Shown piece after piece: positions 16,547 to 27,589 of a DNA stretch of 53,016 bases; the stretch's first letter is position 1; each line of letters starts with the position of its first letter. The stretch is taken from the NCBI GenBank assembly GCA_964478975.1, contig CAYZKQ010000001.1, positions 1 to 53,016 on the forward strand. Direction: 5' to 3'. The stretch comes from an uncultured Vicinamibacterales bacterium. GTDB taxonomy: Bacteria; Acidobacteriota; Vicinamibacteria; Vicinamibacterales; JAHECP01. Made by a program: the position numbers and the translations under genes. The notes beneath the pieces are model-generated. The model was not told where the DNA came from and did not search any database. It worked only from the letters and a program-made list of their open reading frames with translations.

Positions 16547-17992
16547 ATGAGCACAGCGGTTCGGACGATCGAGGAACTGGCCACGCGGGAATACAAGTAC
16601 GGGTTCTACACGCCGGTCGAGGAGGACAAGGTTCCGCCGGGGTTGAACGAGGACGTCATCCGGCTCATCTCCGCGAAGAAGCAGGAGCCGGACTGGTTGC
16701 TCGAGTGGCGGCTCAAGGCCTACCGGGCGTGGCTCACCATGGCGGAGCCGCGGTGGGCGAACATCACTTACGGGCCGATCGACTACCAGGCGATCAGCTA
16801 CTACTCGGCGCCCAAGCGCCGGCCGACCTACAACAGCCTGGACGAGGTCGACCCGGAGATTCTGCGGACCTTCGAGAAGCTCGGCATTCCCCTCGAGGAG
16901 CAGAAGCGGCTGGCGGGGGTGGCGGTCGACGCGGTGTTCGATTCGGTGTCGGTGGCCACGACGTTCCGGGAGAAGCTCGCCGAGCTGGGGATCATCTTCT
17001 GTTCGTTCTCGGAGGCGGTGCGCGAGCATCCGGACCTGGTGCGGCAGTATCTGGGGTCTGTAGTCCCCTACACGGACAACTTCTTCGCGGCGCTCAACTC
17101 CGCCGTCTTCAGCGACGGGTCGTTCGCCTACATCCCGAAGGGCGTGCGCTGTCCGATGGAGCTGTCCACTTACTTCCGCATCAACGCGATGAACACCGGC
17201 CAGTTCGAGCGCACCCTGATCGTCGCGGACGAGGGCGCGTCGGTGAGCTACCTCGAGGGCTGCACGGCGCCGATGCGCGACGAGAACCAGCTCCACGCGG
17301 CGGTGGTCGAGCTGGTCGCGCTGGACGAGGCGACCATCAAGTACTCGACCATCCAGAACTGGTATCCCGGGGACAAGCAGGGCCAGGGCGGCATCTACAA
17401 TTTCGTGACCAAGCGCGGCAAGTGTCAGGGGCGGCGGTCGAAGATCACGTGGACGCAGGTCGAGACCGGCTCGGCCATCACGTGGAAGTACCCGAGCTGT
17501 CTGCTCATCGGCGACGAGTCCGTCGGCGAGTTCTATTCGGTCGCCACGGTGAACCACTACCAGCAGGCCGACACGGGCACGAAGATGATCCACGTGGGCC
17601 GGCGCACGAAGAGCACGATCGTCTCGAAGGGCATTTCGGCGGGGCACGGCCAGAACACCTACCGCGGGCTCGTCCGCATCGGCAAGCACGCCCAGTACGC
17701 GCGGAACTACTCGCAGTGCGACTCGCTGCTCATCGGGGACCAGTGCGGGGCGCACACCTTCCCGTACCTGGACATCCGCAACAGCACGGCGCGGGTCGAG
17801 CACGAGGCGTCGACGTCGAAGATCGGGGAGGACCAGATCTTCTACTGCCGCCAGCGCGGCCTCGGGACCGAGGACGCGGTCAACCTGATCGTCAGCGGCT
17901 TCTGCAAGGAAGTCTTCCGGGAGCTGCCGATGGAATTCGCCGTCGAGGCCCAGAAGCTGCTGAGCGTGAGCCTGGAAGGGAGTGTCGGATAA
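16547..17992 (+). CDS. sufB: Fe-S cluster assembly scaffold SufB
   Basis: 481 aa with highly conserved SufB blocks ([51 protein letters not shown]). Confidence 0.95.
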   Translation: MSTAVRTIEELATREYKYGFYTPVEEDKVPPGLNEDVIRLISAKKQEPDWLLEWRLKAYRAWLTMAEPRWANITYGPIDYQAISYYSAPKRRPTYNSLDEVDPEILRTFEKLGIPLEEQKRLAGVAVDAVFDSVSVATTFREKLAELGIIFCSFSEAVREHPDLVRQYLGSVVPYTDNFFAALNSAVFSDGSFAYIPKGVRCPMELSTYFRINAMNTGQFERTLIVADEGASVSYLEGCTAPMRDENQLHAAVVELVALDEATIKYSTIQNWYPGDKQGQGGIYNFVTKRGKCQGRRSKITWTQVETGSAITWKYPSCLLIGDESVGEFYSVATVNHYQQADTGTKMIHVGRRTKSTIVSKGISAGHGQNTYRGLVRIGKHAQYARNYSQCDSLLIGDQCGAHTFPYLDIRNSTARVEHEASTSKIGEDQIFYCRQRGLGTEDAVNLIVSGFCKEVFRELPMEFAVEAQKLLSVSLEGSVG

Positions 17993-17998
17993 CGCATC

Positions 17999-18766
17999 AT
18001 GCTGGAGATTCGAGATCTGAAGGCGTCGGCCGAGGGCCGCGAGATCCTGCACGGCGTCAGCCTGTCGGTGCGGGCGGGCGAAGTCCACGCGATCATGGGC
18101 CCGAACGGCTCGGGCAAGAGCACGCTCGCGCGGGTGCTGGCGGGACACCCGGGCTACGAGGTGACCGCCGGGACGGTGCTCTACGAGGGGCGGGACCTGC
18201 TGGCGATGGACCCGGAAGAGCGCGCGCGCGAGGGGCTGTTCATGGCGTTCCAGTACCCGGTGGAGATCGCCGGGGTGAACAACGCCTACTTCTTGAAGGC
18301 GGCGCTCAACGCGCTCCGCAAGCACCGCGGCGAGCCGGAGGTGGACGCCATCGAGTTCATGACCCTCATCCGCGAAAAGGCGAAGCTGCTGGAGCTCGAC
18401 CCCGCGATGCTCAACCGCCCGGTCAACGAGGGGTTTTCGGGCGGCGAGAAGAAGCGGAACGAGATCTTCCAGATGCTGGTGCTCGAGCCGAAGCTCGCGA
18501 TCCTCGACGAGACGGATTCTGGCCTCGACATCGACGCCCTCAAGGTGGTGGCCAACGGCGTCAACGCCATGCGGAGCCCCAGCCGGGCGATCGTGGTGGT
18601 GACGCACTACCAGCGGCTGCTCAACTACATCGTGCCCGACATCGTCCACGTGCTCGTCGACGGGCGCATCGTCCGCTCGGGCGACAAGACCCTGGCCCTC
18701 GAGCTCGAAGAGAAAGGGTACGGCTGGGTCGAGGCGGAAGCGGCTGGCGCCGCCGCGCGCAGCTAG
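17999..18766 (+). CDS. sufC: Fe-S cluster assembly ATPase SufC
   Basis: Walker A GPNGSGKST, FSGGEKKRNEI, LAILDETDSGLD. Confidence 0.95.
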   Translation: MLEIRDLKASAEGREILHGVSLSVRAGEVHAIMGPNGSGKSTLARVLAGHPGYEVTAGTVLYEGRDLLAMDPEERAREGLFMAFQYPVEIAGVNNAYFLKAALNALRKHRGEPEVDAIEFMTLIREKAKLLELDPAMLNRPVNEGFSGGEKKRNEIFQMLVLEPKLAILDETDSGLDIDALKVVANGVNAMRSPSRAIVVVTHYQRLLNYIVPDIVHVLVDGRIVRSGDKTLALELEEKGYGWVEAEAAGAAARS

Positions 18767-18774
18767 GGGGAGCG

Positions 18775-20100
18775 ATGGCGACGTTCGTCGAGGCGGCCCG
18801 CGACGCCTATCTCGCCGAGTACGCGCGCGCCCGCCAGGCCGACCGCCTCGGGCCGGCCTGGCTGGCCGAGGTGCGCGCGCGCGCCGTCCGCGCCTTCGAG
18901 CAGCTCGGTTTCCCCACGACCAGGGACGAGGAGTGGCGCTTCACGAACATCGCGCCCATCACCACGCGCGTGTTCGTCCCGGCGGATCCGGCGGGCCGGC
19001 GCGCCGTGACGCGGGAGGACGTGGCCCGTGTGACCCTCCCGGGCGCCGGCCGCGTCCGGGTCGTCTGCGTCAACGGCCGCTATGCCCCGGAACTCTCTGA
19101 CCTGGACGGGCTGCCGCAGGGCGTCGAAGTGCGCGGGCTCCGGGAGGTCCTCGAGGCCGAACCGGCCCGCCTGCAGCCCTGGTTGGCCCAGGTCGCCGGC
19201 TTCCGCAGCCACGCCTTCGCTGCGCTCAACACGGCGCTCTTTGACGACGGCGTGTTCGTCTTCGTGCCGCCGCACGCCGTCGTCGACGAGGCGATCGAGG
19301 TGGTGTCGGTCACCTTCGCCGGCGGCGCCGACGTGGTGGCCCACCCGCGGGTGCTCGCGGTGGCGGCCGAGGACAGTCAGGTGCGGCTGGTCGAGCAGCA
19401 CGTGGGCGTCGGCGACGGCGTCTACTTCGCCAACCCGATCAGCGAGGTGGTGGTCGGCGACCACGCCGTCGTGGACCACTACCGCGTCCAGCGGGAGGCC
19501 GTCGGCGCGTTCCACCTCGGGGGCCTGCACGCGCGCGTCGGGCGCGCCGCGAGCTTCACCTCGCACGCGGTGTCGCTGGGGGCAGCGCTCGCCCGGCACG
19601 ACCTCTCGGCCGAGCTCGGCGGCGAGGGCGGCGAGTGCACCCTGAACGGCCTGTACCTCGCCGACGGCGACCGGCTGGTGGACCACCACACGACGATCGT
19701 GCACGCGCAGCCGCACTGCGACAGCCACGAGGTCTACAAGGGGATCCTGGCGGGTCGCGCGCAAGGCGTGTTCAACGGGAAAATCGTCGTCCGGCCCGGG
19801 GCGCAGAAGACCGACGCCAAGCAGACCAACCGGGCCCTGCTGCTCTCCGACGAGGCGCAGATCAACACCAAGCCGCAGCTCGAGATCTTCGCCGACGATG
19901 TCAAGTGCACCCACGGGGCGGCGGTGGGGCAGCTCGACGAGGACGCGATCTTCTATCTCCGCTCGCGGGGCCTGGGCCTCCGGGAGGCGCGCCGGCTGCT
20001 CGTGCAGGCGTTCGCGGGCGACATCCTCAACCGTGTGCGCCTCGAGGGACTGCGCCACGCGCTCGAGGCGGCCATGCTGCGCCTGCTGCCGGAGCCATGA
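18775..20100 (+). CDS. sufD: Fe-S cluster assembly protein SufD
   Basis: 441 aa with the SufD C-terminal beta-helix blocks ([34 protein letters not shown]). Its stop overlaps the sufS start. Confidence 0.92.
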   Translation: MATFVEAARDAYLAEYARARQADRLGPAWLAEVRARAVRAFEQLGFPTTRDEEWRFTNIAPITTRVFVPADPAGRRAVTREDVARVTLPGAGRVRVVCVNGRYAPELSDLDGLPQGVEVRGLREVLEAEPARLQPWLAQVAGFRSHAFAALNTALFDDGVFVFVPPHAVVDEAIEVVSVTFAGGADVVAHPRVLAVAAEDSQVRLVEQHVGVGDGVYFANPISEVVVGDHAVVDHYRVQREAVGAFHLGGLHARVGRAASFTSHAVSLGAALARHDLSAELGGEGGECTLNGLYLADGDRLVDHHTTIVHAQPHCDSHEVYKGILAGRAQGVFNGKIVVRPGAQKTDAKQTNRALLLSDEAQINTKPQLEIFADDVKCTHGAAVGQLDEDAIFYLRSRGLGLREARRLLVQAFAGDILNRVRLEGLRHALEAAMLRLLPEP

Positions 20101-21365
20101 GCGAGCGTCTCGGTGGGGTGGCGGCCGTCCCGGCGGTCTGGCACGCGCCGCTGGACGTCGCGCGCGTCCGGGCCGATTTCCCCATCCTGCGCCAGACGGT
20201 GCGGGGCCGCCCGCTGGTCTATCTCGACAACGCCGCGACGACGCAAAAACCCCAGGCGGTGATCGACGCGCTGCGGAAGGCGTATGCCGAGGAGAACGCC
20301 AACATCCACCGCGGCGTGCACTTCCTGAGCGAGCTGGCCACGGCCGCGTTCGAAGACGCGCGCCGCGCCGTCCAGCGGTTCATCAACGCCGCCGACGCCC
20401 GCGAGATCGTGTTCGTGCGGGGGACCACCGAAGCGATCAATCTCGTGGCGGCGACCTTCGGCCGCCAGCGCGTGGGCCCCGGCGACGAGATCGTGCTCTC
20501 CCACATGGAGCACCACTCCAACATCGTCCCGTGGCAGTTGCTGTGCGAGGAGACAGGGGCGCGGCTGCGGGTCATCCCGGTCACGGACCGGGGCGAGCTG
20601 GACCTGGAGGCGTTCGAGCGGCTCGTGGGGCCGCGGACGCGGATCGTCTCGATCGTCCACGTGTCGAACGCCCTCGGCACGGTCAACCCGGTCCGGCGGG
20701 TGGTCGAGATCGCGCACCGCGCGGGCGTGCCGGTCCTGGTCGACGGGGCGCAGGCCGTCGCCCACCTGCCCGTGGACGTCCAGGCGATCGGGTGCGACTT
20801 CTACGCGTTCTCCGGCCACAAACTGTTCGGCCCGACGGGCATCGGCGTGCTCTACGGGCGCCTGCCCCTGCTCGAGGCGATGCCCCCGTACCAGGGCGGC
20901 GGCGACATGATCCGGTCGGTGACCTTCGAGCGGACGACCTACAACGACGTCCCGCACAAGTTCGAGGCGGGGACGCCGAACATCGCCGGCGCGATCGGCC
21001 TGCGCGCCGCGATCGATTACCTGCGCCGGCTGGACTTCGGCGCCGTCGCCGCGCACGAGCACGACCTGCTCGCCTACGCGACCGAGCGGCTGCGGGAGAT
21101 CCCCCGCGTCCGGATCATCGGGACGGCGCCGGAGAAGAGCGCCATCGTGTCCTTCGTGCACGAGCACGTGCACCCCCACGACATCGGGACGATCCTCGAC
21201 CACGAGGGCGTGGCCATCCGGACCGGCCATCACTGTTGCCAGCCCCTCATGCAGCGGTTCGGCGTGCCGGCGACGGCCCGCGCGTCCTTCGCGGTCTACA
21301 ACACCCGCGAGGAAGTCGACGCGCTCGTCGCCGCGATGCAGAAGGTCCGCGAGGTCTTCGGCTGA
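20097..21365 (+). CDS. sufS: Cysteine desulfurase SufS (group II)
   Basis: PLP lysine in [11 protein letters not shown], catalytic Cys in [13 protein letters not shown] overlap with sufD. Confidence 0.95.
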   Translation: MSERLGGVAAVPAVWHAPLDVARVRADFPILRQTVRGRPLVYLDNAATTQKPQAVIDALRKAYAEENANIHRGVHFLSELATAAFEDARRAVQRFINAADAREIVFVRGTTEAINLVAATFGRQRVGPGDEIVLSHMEHHSNIVPWQLLCEETGARLRVIPVTDRGELDLEAFERLVGPRTRIVSIVHVSNALGTVNPVRRVVEIAHRAGVPVLVDGAQAVAHLPVDVQAIGCDFYAFSGHKLFGPTGIGVLYGRLPLLEAMPPYQGGGDMIRSVTFERTTYNDVPHKFEAGTPNIAGAIGLRAAIDYLRRLDFGAVAAHEHDLLAYATERLREIPRVRIIGTAPEKSAIVSFVHEHVHPHDIGTILDHEGVAIRTGHHCCQPLMQRFGVPATARASFAVYNTREEVDALVAAMQKVREVFG

Positions 21366-21817
21366 TGTCCGATCTCCGGGAGCTCTATCAGGAAGTCATC
21401 CTCGACCACAACCGGCGCCCGCGGAACTTCCGACGGCTGCCCGACGCCAACCGGCGGGCCGAGGGCTTCAACCCCCTGTGCGGAGACCGCCTGACGCTGT
21501 TTCTCAAGGTCGACGGCGACGTGATCCGCGAAGCCGGGTTCCAGGGGTCGGGCTGCGCGATTTCGAAGGCGTCCGCCTCGCTCCTGACCGAGGCCGTCGC
21601 GGGCAAGACCGTGGCGGCCGCGCGGGCGATGTTCGAGCGGTTTCACCGGATGGTCACGAGCGCGCCGGACAGCACGGAGGATTTCTCGGACCTCGGCAAG
21701 CTCGCCGTGCTCGCCGGCGTGCGGGAGTTCCCGGTGCGGGTCAAGTGCGCCAGCCTGGCGTGGCACACGTTGAAGGCGGCGCTGGAGGCGAGGGCGGAGC
21801 CGGTGTCGACGGAGTAG
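21365..21817 (+). CDS. sufU: SUF-system NifU/IscU-like sulfur-transfer/scaffold protein SufU
   Basis: Three conserved Cys in NPLCGD, GSGCAIS and VKCASL. The start overlaps the sufS stop (TGATG). Confidence 0.9.
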   Translation: MSDLRELYQEVILDHNRRPRNFRRLPDANRRAEGFNPLCGDRLTLFLKVDGDVIREAGFQGSGCAISKASASLLTEAVAGKTVAAARAMFERFHRMVTSAPDSTEDFSDLGKLAVLAGVREFPVRVKCASLAWHTLKAALEARAEPVSTE

Positions 21818-21860
21818 GGGTCCGCAAGCCGGGCCTGTCGGCCCCGGGGAGACCCTCGAG

Positions 21861-22283
21861 GTGCCCATGACGAACCATCGTCGCGTCGATGTGTGGTTGC
21901 AGGCCGAGCAGCCGCCCGGGCCGTCGGGGTCGTCCCCGGGGGCGGGGCTGGCCGGGCTCGTGAGCGATCCGCTCAAGACGCTCGAGCTCAAGCCGCACGT
22001 CGTCGAGGCGCTCTCGACCGTCTACGACCCGGAGATTCCCGTCAACATCTACGAGCTCGGGCTCATCTACGACATCGTGATCGACGCGAACGGCGTCGTG
22101 GGGATCCGCATGACCTTGACGGCGCCGGCGTGTCCGGCGGCCCAGACCCTGCCGCTCGAAGTCGAGCACAAGATCCGGCGCATCCCCGGGGTCACCGACG
22201 TGAGGGTCGAGGTCGTCTGGGAGCCACCGTGGGATCGCGACAAGATGTCGGACGCGGCGAAGCTGGCGCTCGGACTCTTGTGA
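21861..22283 (+). CDS. sufT: DUF59 / SufT-like Fe-S assembly protein with an N-terminal extension of about 40 aa
   Basis: VYDPEIPVNIYELGLIY and LTAPACP motifs. The start is ambiguous between GTG 21861 and ATG 21867. Confidence 0.85.
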   Translation: MPMTNHRRVDVWLQAEQPPGPSGSSPGAGLAGLVSDPLKTLELKPHVVEALSTVYDPEIPVNIYELGLIYDIVIDANGVVGIRMTLTAPACPAAQTLPLEVEHKIRRIPGVTDVRVEVVWEPPWDRDKMSDAAKLALGLL

Positions 22284-22538
22284 GGCCCCCGCACGGGTCG
22301 GCGGCCGTCCGGCTGGCCTTCCGACAAAATTGTCAGCCAAACGTGTAACCGCGAGCGCGTCCCGACTGCCAATTCTTGTCAGTCGTTTCGCCGCGCGGCG
22401 CGTGGTACACTGCGCGCGAGCGCGTCAGCAATCGAGGACCGTCTCGTCGGCTCCGAGAGACGCTCAACACTGGCGCGCCTGCGCCGTGTTCGCGGCGTCG
22501 AGTCGATCGGTCGTGGGCTGGTGTCCGGAGGACCAGTC

Positions 22539-23054
22539 ATGACTCTGTCACGCAACGCAACAGGAGTTCGCAAGGCGATCCCCAGACTCGTCGGGATGGC
22601 CGCGGCGATCCAGCTCCTCGCGATCGCGCCGGCCTCTGGACAGGCGAGCCGGACCGTGGTCGAAGTCGTCGTGCCGTTTCACCAAACTGTCCCGGTTCCG
22701 TGCGCCAACGGCGGGAACGGGGAACAGGTGGTGCTGATCGGCGACCAGGTCGTGGAGATCCGCACGACCGTGGATGCGGCCGGGGGCACCCACACAGTCG
22801 TCCATTCCATGCCCCTGCGGATCTGGGCGACGGGATCGACGACGGGCGACGTCTATCAGGCGACGATCGTGGGGACTCTGGTCGTGAATCGGTCGTCCGA
22901 GGGCGCCGAAACGACTACGCTCATCAGCAACTTCCTTCTGATCGGCCGGGGTCCTCGGAACAACGTCGTGGCGCACGGCGTGTTCCATCAGACGTTCCTG
23001 CCCGATGGGACACCGGCGGGGCAAGTCGACGTCGACGTGTCGTTCTGCCGGTAG
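22539..23054 (+). CDS. Secreted hypothetical protein, no recognisable family
   Basis: GGAGGA RBS 6 nt upstream of ATG 22539. Signal peptide (RLVGMAAAIQLLAIAPASGQA), beta-rich Thr/Val-rich sequence, and two Cys, one near the N-terminus and one at the C-terminus. Amino-acid composition looks coding. Confidence 0.6.
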   Translation: MTLSRNATGVRKAIPRLVGMAAAIQLLAIAPASGQASRTVVEVVVPFHQTVPVPCANGGNGEQVVLIGDQVVEIRTTVDAAGGTHTVVHSMPLRIWATGSTTGDVYQATIVGTLVVNRSSEGAETTTLISNFLLIGRGPRNNVVAHGVFHQTFLPDGTPAGQVDVDVSFCR

Positions 23055-23207
23055 CGTGGCGCGGACGGGCACCGGCCGCCGTTGCGGTGCGGTGTGTCCG
23101 CGGCGGCCTAGGCCTCTCGAGACCCGCCGCAGTCGGCTTGCGGCTCGGCCCCGGGCCGGGGACCACGGGGCGCGGTATGATCCCGCCCCCAGGAGGTGTC
23201 CCACCCG

Positions 23208-24422
23208 ATGCGCCGAACGGTCTCCGCCACCCTGATCGCCCTCACGGTGCTGGCCGCCGGGGTCCGCGCCCCGGCCCAGCAGCCGCGCCCGCGCGCCGCC
23301 GCCGCGGTTCCGCCGCCGGCGCCCGTTTACTTCCCGCCGCGAGGGGAATGGGAACGTCGCGAGCCGGAAGCGGTCGGCATGAGCGCGGCGCGGCTGCAGC
23401 AGGCCGTCGAGTTCGCGATCGCCAACGAGAATCCCGCGACGAAAGACCTCGCCCTCGACCTCCAGTTGACCTTCGGGCTACGCGAACCGATGTTCAAAAT
23501 CCTCGGGCCGACCAGGCCCCGCGGGGGCGCCAACGGCCTCGTGATCCGCAAAGGTTACGTCGTGGCCGAGTGGGGCGACACGGCGCGCTCCGACATGACG
23601 TTCAGCGTGACGAAAACGTTTCTGTCGACCGTCGTGGGCCTCGCGTGGCAGCGTGGGCTCATCCGCAACCTGAGCGATCGGGTCAAGGATTACGTGCCCG
23701 ATCCGGAGCTCTTCGAGTCGGAGCACAACGCGAAGATTACCTGGGAGCACCTGCTGCGCCAGACGAGCGACTGGTCAGGGACGCTGTGGGGGATTCCCGA
23801 CTGGGCCGACCGCCCCGAGGGCCGGACGCCGGCCGACTACCCGAACCGCCCCATGCGGGAACCCGGGACCTTCTACAAATACAACGACGTGCGCGTGAAC
23901 CTGCTGGCGCTCTGCGCGCTGCACGTGTGGCGGCGGCCGCTGCCGCAGGTGCTGCGCGAGGAGGTGATGGACCCCATCGGCGCGTCGACGACCTGGCGCT
24001 GGCACGGGTACGAGAACTCCTGGGTGGTGATCGACGGCCAGCAGATGCAATCGGTCTCCGGCGGCGGCCACTTCGGCGGCGGCCTGTTCATCAGCGCCTG
24101 GGACCTCGCGCGGTTCGGGTATCTGTTTCTCCGGAACGGCACGTGGGGCGACCGCCGGATCGTCAGCGAGCGGTGGATCGCGATGGCCCGGACGGGCGGT
24201 CCGGCGAATGCGGAATACGGCTTCATGAACTGGTTCCTGAATCCGGGACGCCAGTCGCTCCCGAGCGCGCCCGAATCGAGCGTCACCTTCCGCGGCAGCG
24301 GCCAGAACATCGTCTACCTCGACTGGGAGCACGACCTGCTGGTCGTGGTCCGGTGGATCAGGGGAGGACCCGCCCTGGATCGGTTCCTCGGGCTCGTCCT
24401 CGGTGCGATCGAGCCGGCGTGA
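23208..24422 (+). CDS. Secreted serine hydrolase, beta-lactamase / class-C-like family
   Basis: AGGAGG RBS, signal peptide, and an SxxK nucleophile motif (FSVTKTF). About 400 aa, typical for the family. Confidence 0.8.
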   Translation: MRRTVSATLIALTVLAAGVRAPAQQPRPRAAAAVPPPAPVYFPPRGEWERREPEAVGMSAARLQQAVEFAIANENPATKDLALDLQLTFGLREPMFKILGPTRPRGGANGLVIRKGYVVAEWGDTARSDMTFSVTKTFLSTVVGLAWQRGLIRNLSDRVKDYVPDPELFESEHNAKITWEHLLRQTSDWSGTLWGIPDWADRPEGRTPADYPNRPMREPGTFYKYNDVRVNLLALCALHVWRRPLPQVLREEVMDPIGASTTWRWHGYENSWVVIDGQQMQSVSGGGHFGGGLFISAWDLARFGYLFLRNGTWGDRRIVSERWIAMARTGGPANAEYGFMNWFLNPGRQSLPSAPESSVTFRGSGQNIVYLDWEHDLLVVVRWIRGGPALDRFLGLVLGAIEPA

Positions 24423-24596
24423 GCCGCGGCGCGCACGCCGGCCACCCGCGGCGTGGGCTGGGGCAGGACCCGGTCGGAAAGCCCCCTGCGGCCGGCGCTG
24501 GCGAGTGACGGGCGCCTCGACGCCTGGTCCGGGGCGCGGCGGCGACGGCGCCGGCGGCGGGCCATCCGGATCGAGGCCGGCGGTGGCCGGTGCGAT

Positions 24597-24625
24597 TTGA
24601 CATCCTGGACGCCCTGGCGTAAGCT
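24597..24625 (+). promoter_or_regulatory. Sigma-70-type promoter upstream of the TonB-dependent receptor
   Basis: TTGACA (24597-24602), 17-nt spacer, TAAGCT (24620-24625). It is followed by a lower-GC leader of about 125 nt and a GAGGAGG RBS. Confidence 0.45.
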
Positions 24626-24752
24626 GGGGCGCGTTACATAACGAGCGTTCGGTTTGTTAATTGGGCTACCCGACAGCGACAGGCGCCGTATCGACAACCC
24701 GCTGACCCGCCGGAGGGCTTCACGCTCGTCCGACCAGGTCGAGGAGGCACGC

Positions 24753-27542
24753 ATGTTCGTCCCACGCTTCCGCCCGCGCAGCGGCCGCGTAGCCGGAACC
24801 CTCGCCGCCTTCGCCTTCGCGGCGCTCGCCACCCCGGTGGCGCGCGCGCAGACGGCCGACGCCACGATCGAGGTCGTGGTCACCGACCAGAGCGGGGCGG
24901 CGCTCCCGGGCGTGACGGTCCAGATCGTGAACACGGAGACGGGTCTCGAGCGGCTGGTCGTGACCGACCAGACGGGCACGGCGCGGATGCCGGCCCTGCC
25001 GCCGGGGTCGTACCGGGTGCGGTTCGAGCTCCAGGGCTTCACCACGGTCGTGCAGGAGGGCGTCTCGCTGCGCGTCGGCCAGACGGCGCGCCTCTCGGTC
25101 ACGATGCACGTGGCGCAGGTGGCGGAGACCGTGACGGTGGTCGCGGGGGTGCCGCTCGTCGACGTCTACAAGACCGATTCGTCGACCACCATCGTGCCGG
25201 AGCAGATTCAGGCGCTGCCCGTGGCCGACCGCGACTTCCAGCGGCTGGCGTATCTCGCGCCCGGGGTGCAGCGCGAGCGCGGGGGGTTCCGCTTCATCAC
25301 GAACGCCCCGGTCCTCGGCGCGGGCGGCAACGCGAGCCAGGCCACGATCATGATCGACGGCGTGGACTTCACGGACCCGACGCTCGGGCTGGCCCGGGCG
25401 CGGTTCAGCCAGGATGCGATCAGCGAGTTCCGGGTCATCACGAATCGCTTCGACACGGAGGTGGGCGGCTCCGCGGGGGGTGCGTTGTCGGTGGTGACCA
25501 AGTCGGGCACGAACGAGCGCCGGGGCTCCGGTTTCGCCTTCTTCCGCGACGAGCGCCTGCGCGCGAAAGGGGCCCTCGAGGCGGCGAAGAACGACTATTC
25601 GCGCCAGCAGGTTGGCGTTACGCTCGGGGGGCCTATCGTCCGCGACCGGACCCACTATTTCGGGGCGTTCGAGCAGATCAACGAGGATACGATCACGCTG
25701 TTCCGCCCGGGCGGTCAGTACGCGTCGCGGGCGGGCGACGTGCCGGTCCCGCTGGATCAGTCGCTCGTCTACGCAAGTGTCGACCACCGCGCGGGCACGC
25801 GTCAGGATCTGCGGGTCAAGTTCGTGTACGAGCGCTACCGGCAGCGCAACTTCCGGGTGGGGGGTGTCGCGGACGAGTCGAGCGGGATGGCGCTCAACCG
25901 TGACAACGTCAACCTCGCCTTCACGCACGCGTGGACCGTGACGTCCGCGTCGCTCAACCGGCTGGCCGTGCAGGTGGGGCGCCGGAAGTTCGACGAGCCG
26001 AACAATTCCGAGGCGCTCTCGGAGTACTTCTCGAGCGGCAACACCCTGGTGACGGGCGCCAACATCGTCGGGGACCAGACCGATACTGGCGACATCGTCG
26101 AGCTCCGCGACACGTTCTTCACCCGCGTGGGGGCGGGTCGGTGGGCCGCCGATGTGAAGGTCGGGGGCGTGTGGCAGTGGGTGCGCGACGACTGGGATTT
26201 CCCCGTCTACCCGCGGAACTTGATGATTTACGTCACGGACGCCCGCGCGCTCCCGCTGCTCTACGTCGACGCGTCGGGCTCCGGCCGGTCCGTCATCGAG
26301 ACGAACCTGATCGCGGGCTTCGCGCAAGCCGACCTGCGGCCGTCGCCGCACCTGACCGTCAGCCTCGGGGTGCGCTACGACCTGGACACGGCGGGCAACA
26401 ATCCCGACTTCACGAGCCCGTTGCAGCCCGAGCCGCGCGGGCGGGACACGAACAACGTCCAGCCGCGCGGCGGCTTCTCGTGGGATGTGCGCGGGGACGG
26501 CACCCACGTCGTGCGGGGCGGCGCGGGTCTGTTCACGGGGCGCTTTCTGCTGGTGCCCGCCCACGTCGAGCGGCAGCAGAACGGGTTCACGGGCCGCATC
26601 ATCCAGCAACGGTTGAACGGCCTGCTCGTCGGGCTGCCCGCGTTCGCCCTGAGCGCGGCGAGCCCCTCGACGACCGGGTTGCCGCTCCCCAGGGACGCGG
26701 CGCGCATCGCGGACCGGCTGGTGAACCCCCAGGCGACCCAGGTGACCGCGGGCTACACCGTGCGGCTCGGGCGGACGGGCCTGTTCGCCGACGTGGAGGG
26801 CGTTTACGTCCGCGGGTGGGACGAGATCGTGATCCGCGACACGAACTTCCGCGGCAACGCCGCGGGCGGCGGGCGCCTCAACCCCGCCTTCAACCAGATC
26901 AACGCCTACACGAACGAGGGGCGGTCGACGTATCGGGCGCTCGTGCTCAGCCTGAACGGCACCCTGCGCGGCGGCCACGTCCTGACGGCGTCGTGGACGC
27001 TCGCCGACAAGCGGAACATCGGGGACGACTTCAGCCCGGCCTTGACCGACTATCCCGACGATCCCGCGAACATCGCGGCCGAGTACGGGCGATCGCGCGC
27101 CGACGAGCGGTCCCGGGTCGTCGCCTCGGGGGTGTTCCATCTGCCGTACCGCCTCACGGTCGCGCCGATTTTCGAGTACGGGTCGGGGCAGCCGTGGAAT
27201 CACCGCCTCGGCTACGACTACAACGGCGACGGGAAAAACTCCGACCGCCCCGCCGGCATGAAGAAGTTCGCCGAAGACGGCCCGAACTTCGCGCAGGTCA
27301 ACCTGCGCGTGACCTACGCCCTGCCGCTCGGCCGGCGGGCGAGAGCGGACCTGATCGCCGAAGCCTTCAACCTGTTCGACCGGACGAACTACGATGTCAA
27401 CTCGATGCTGAACGGCGAATTCCTGAGCGGCCCCACGCTCGCGAACCCCGCTCTGCCCGCCGTGCCCAACCCCCGGTTCAAGCAGTACACCGCGACCCTG
27501 ACGCCGTTCGAGGCCCAGCTCGGCGTCCGGGTCGTTTTTTGA
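24753..27542 (+). CDS. TonB-dependent receptor-like outer-membrane protein with N-terminal carboxypeptidase-regulatory-like domain
   Basis: Signal peptide ending ARAQT and a CarboxypepD_reg-like block (IEVVVTDQSGAALPGVTVQIVNTETG ... GSYRVRFELQGF). It has a plug region, a long beta-barrel, and a C-terminal aromatic residue (LGVRVVF). Confidence 0.85.
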   Translation: MFVPRFRPRSGRVAGTLAAFAFAALATPVARAQTADATIEVVVTDQSGAALPGVTVQIVNTETGLERLVVTDQTGTARMPALPPGSYRVRFELQGFTTVVQEGVSLRVGQTARLSVTMHVAQVAETVTVVAGVPLVDVYKTDSSTTIVPEQIQALPVADRDFQRLAYLAPGVQRERGGFRFITNAPVLGAGGNASQATIMIDGVDFTDPTLGLARARFSQDAISEFRVITNRFDTEVGGSAGGALSVVTKSGTNERRGSGFAFFRDERLRAKGALEAAKNDYSRQQVGVTLGGPIVRDRTHYFGAFEQINEDTITLFRPGGQYASRAGDVPVPLDQSLVYASVDHRAGTRQDLRVKFVYERYRQRNFRVGGVADESSGMALNRDNVNLAFTHAWTVTSASLNRLAVQVGRRKFDEPNNSEALSEYFSSGNTLVTGANIVGDQTDTGDIVELRDTFFTRVGAGRWAADVKVGGVWQWVRDDWDFPVYPRNLMIYVTDARALPLLYVDASGSGRSVIETNLIAGFAQADLRPSPHLTVSLGVRYDLDTAGNNPDFTSPLQPEPRGRDTNNVQPRGGFSWDVRGDGTHVVRGGAGLFTGRFLLVPAHVERQQNGFTGRIIQQRLNGLLVGLPAFALSAASPSTTGLPLPRDAARIADRLVNPQATQVTAGYTVRLGRTGLFADVEGVYVRGWDEIVIRDTNFRGNAAGGGRLNPAFNQINAYTNEGRSTYRALVLSLNGTLRGGHVLTASWTLADKRNIGDDFSPALTDYPDDPANIAAEYGRSRADERSRVVASGVFHLPYRLTVAPIFEYGSGQPWNHRLGYDYNGDGKNSDRPAGMKKFAEDGPNFAQVNLRVTYALPLGRRARADLIAEAFNLFDRTNYDVNSMLNGEFLSGPTLANPALPAVPNPRFKQYTATLTPFEAQLGVRVVF

Positions 27543-27589
27543 GCGAGCCGGTGAGGCCCGGCGCGGACCCGGGGCCGTCCGCGAGCGCG

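Noticed and set aside
16520-18649. 709-aa ORF on the minus strand
   Set aside because: It is antisense to the unmistakable sufB and sufC genes. Its composition (Arg/Pro/Leu/His runs) is non-protein-like.
24626-24752. Possible cobalamin or other riboswitch in the leader of the TonB-dependent receptor
   Set aside because: I could not find a B12 box or any other riboswitch core that I can recognise by eye. It remains only an unusually AT-richer leader. A covariance-model scan would be needed.
24720-27203. 827-aa ORF on the minus strand
   Set aside because: It is antisense to the TonB-dependent receptor gene, which has a signal peptide, domain structure and a C-terminal Phe. The antisense product is low complexity.
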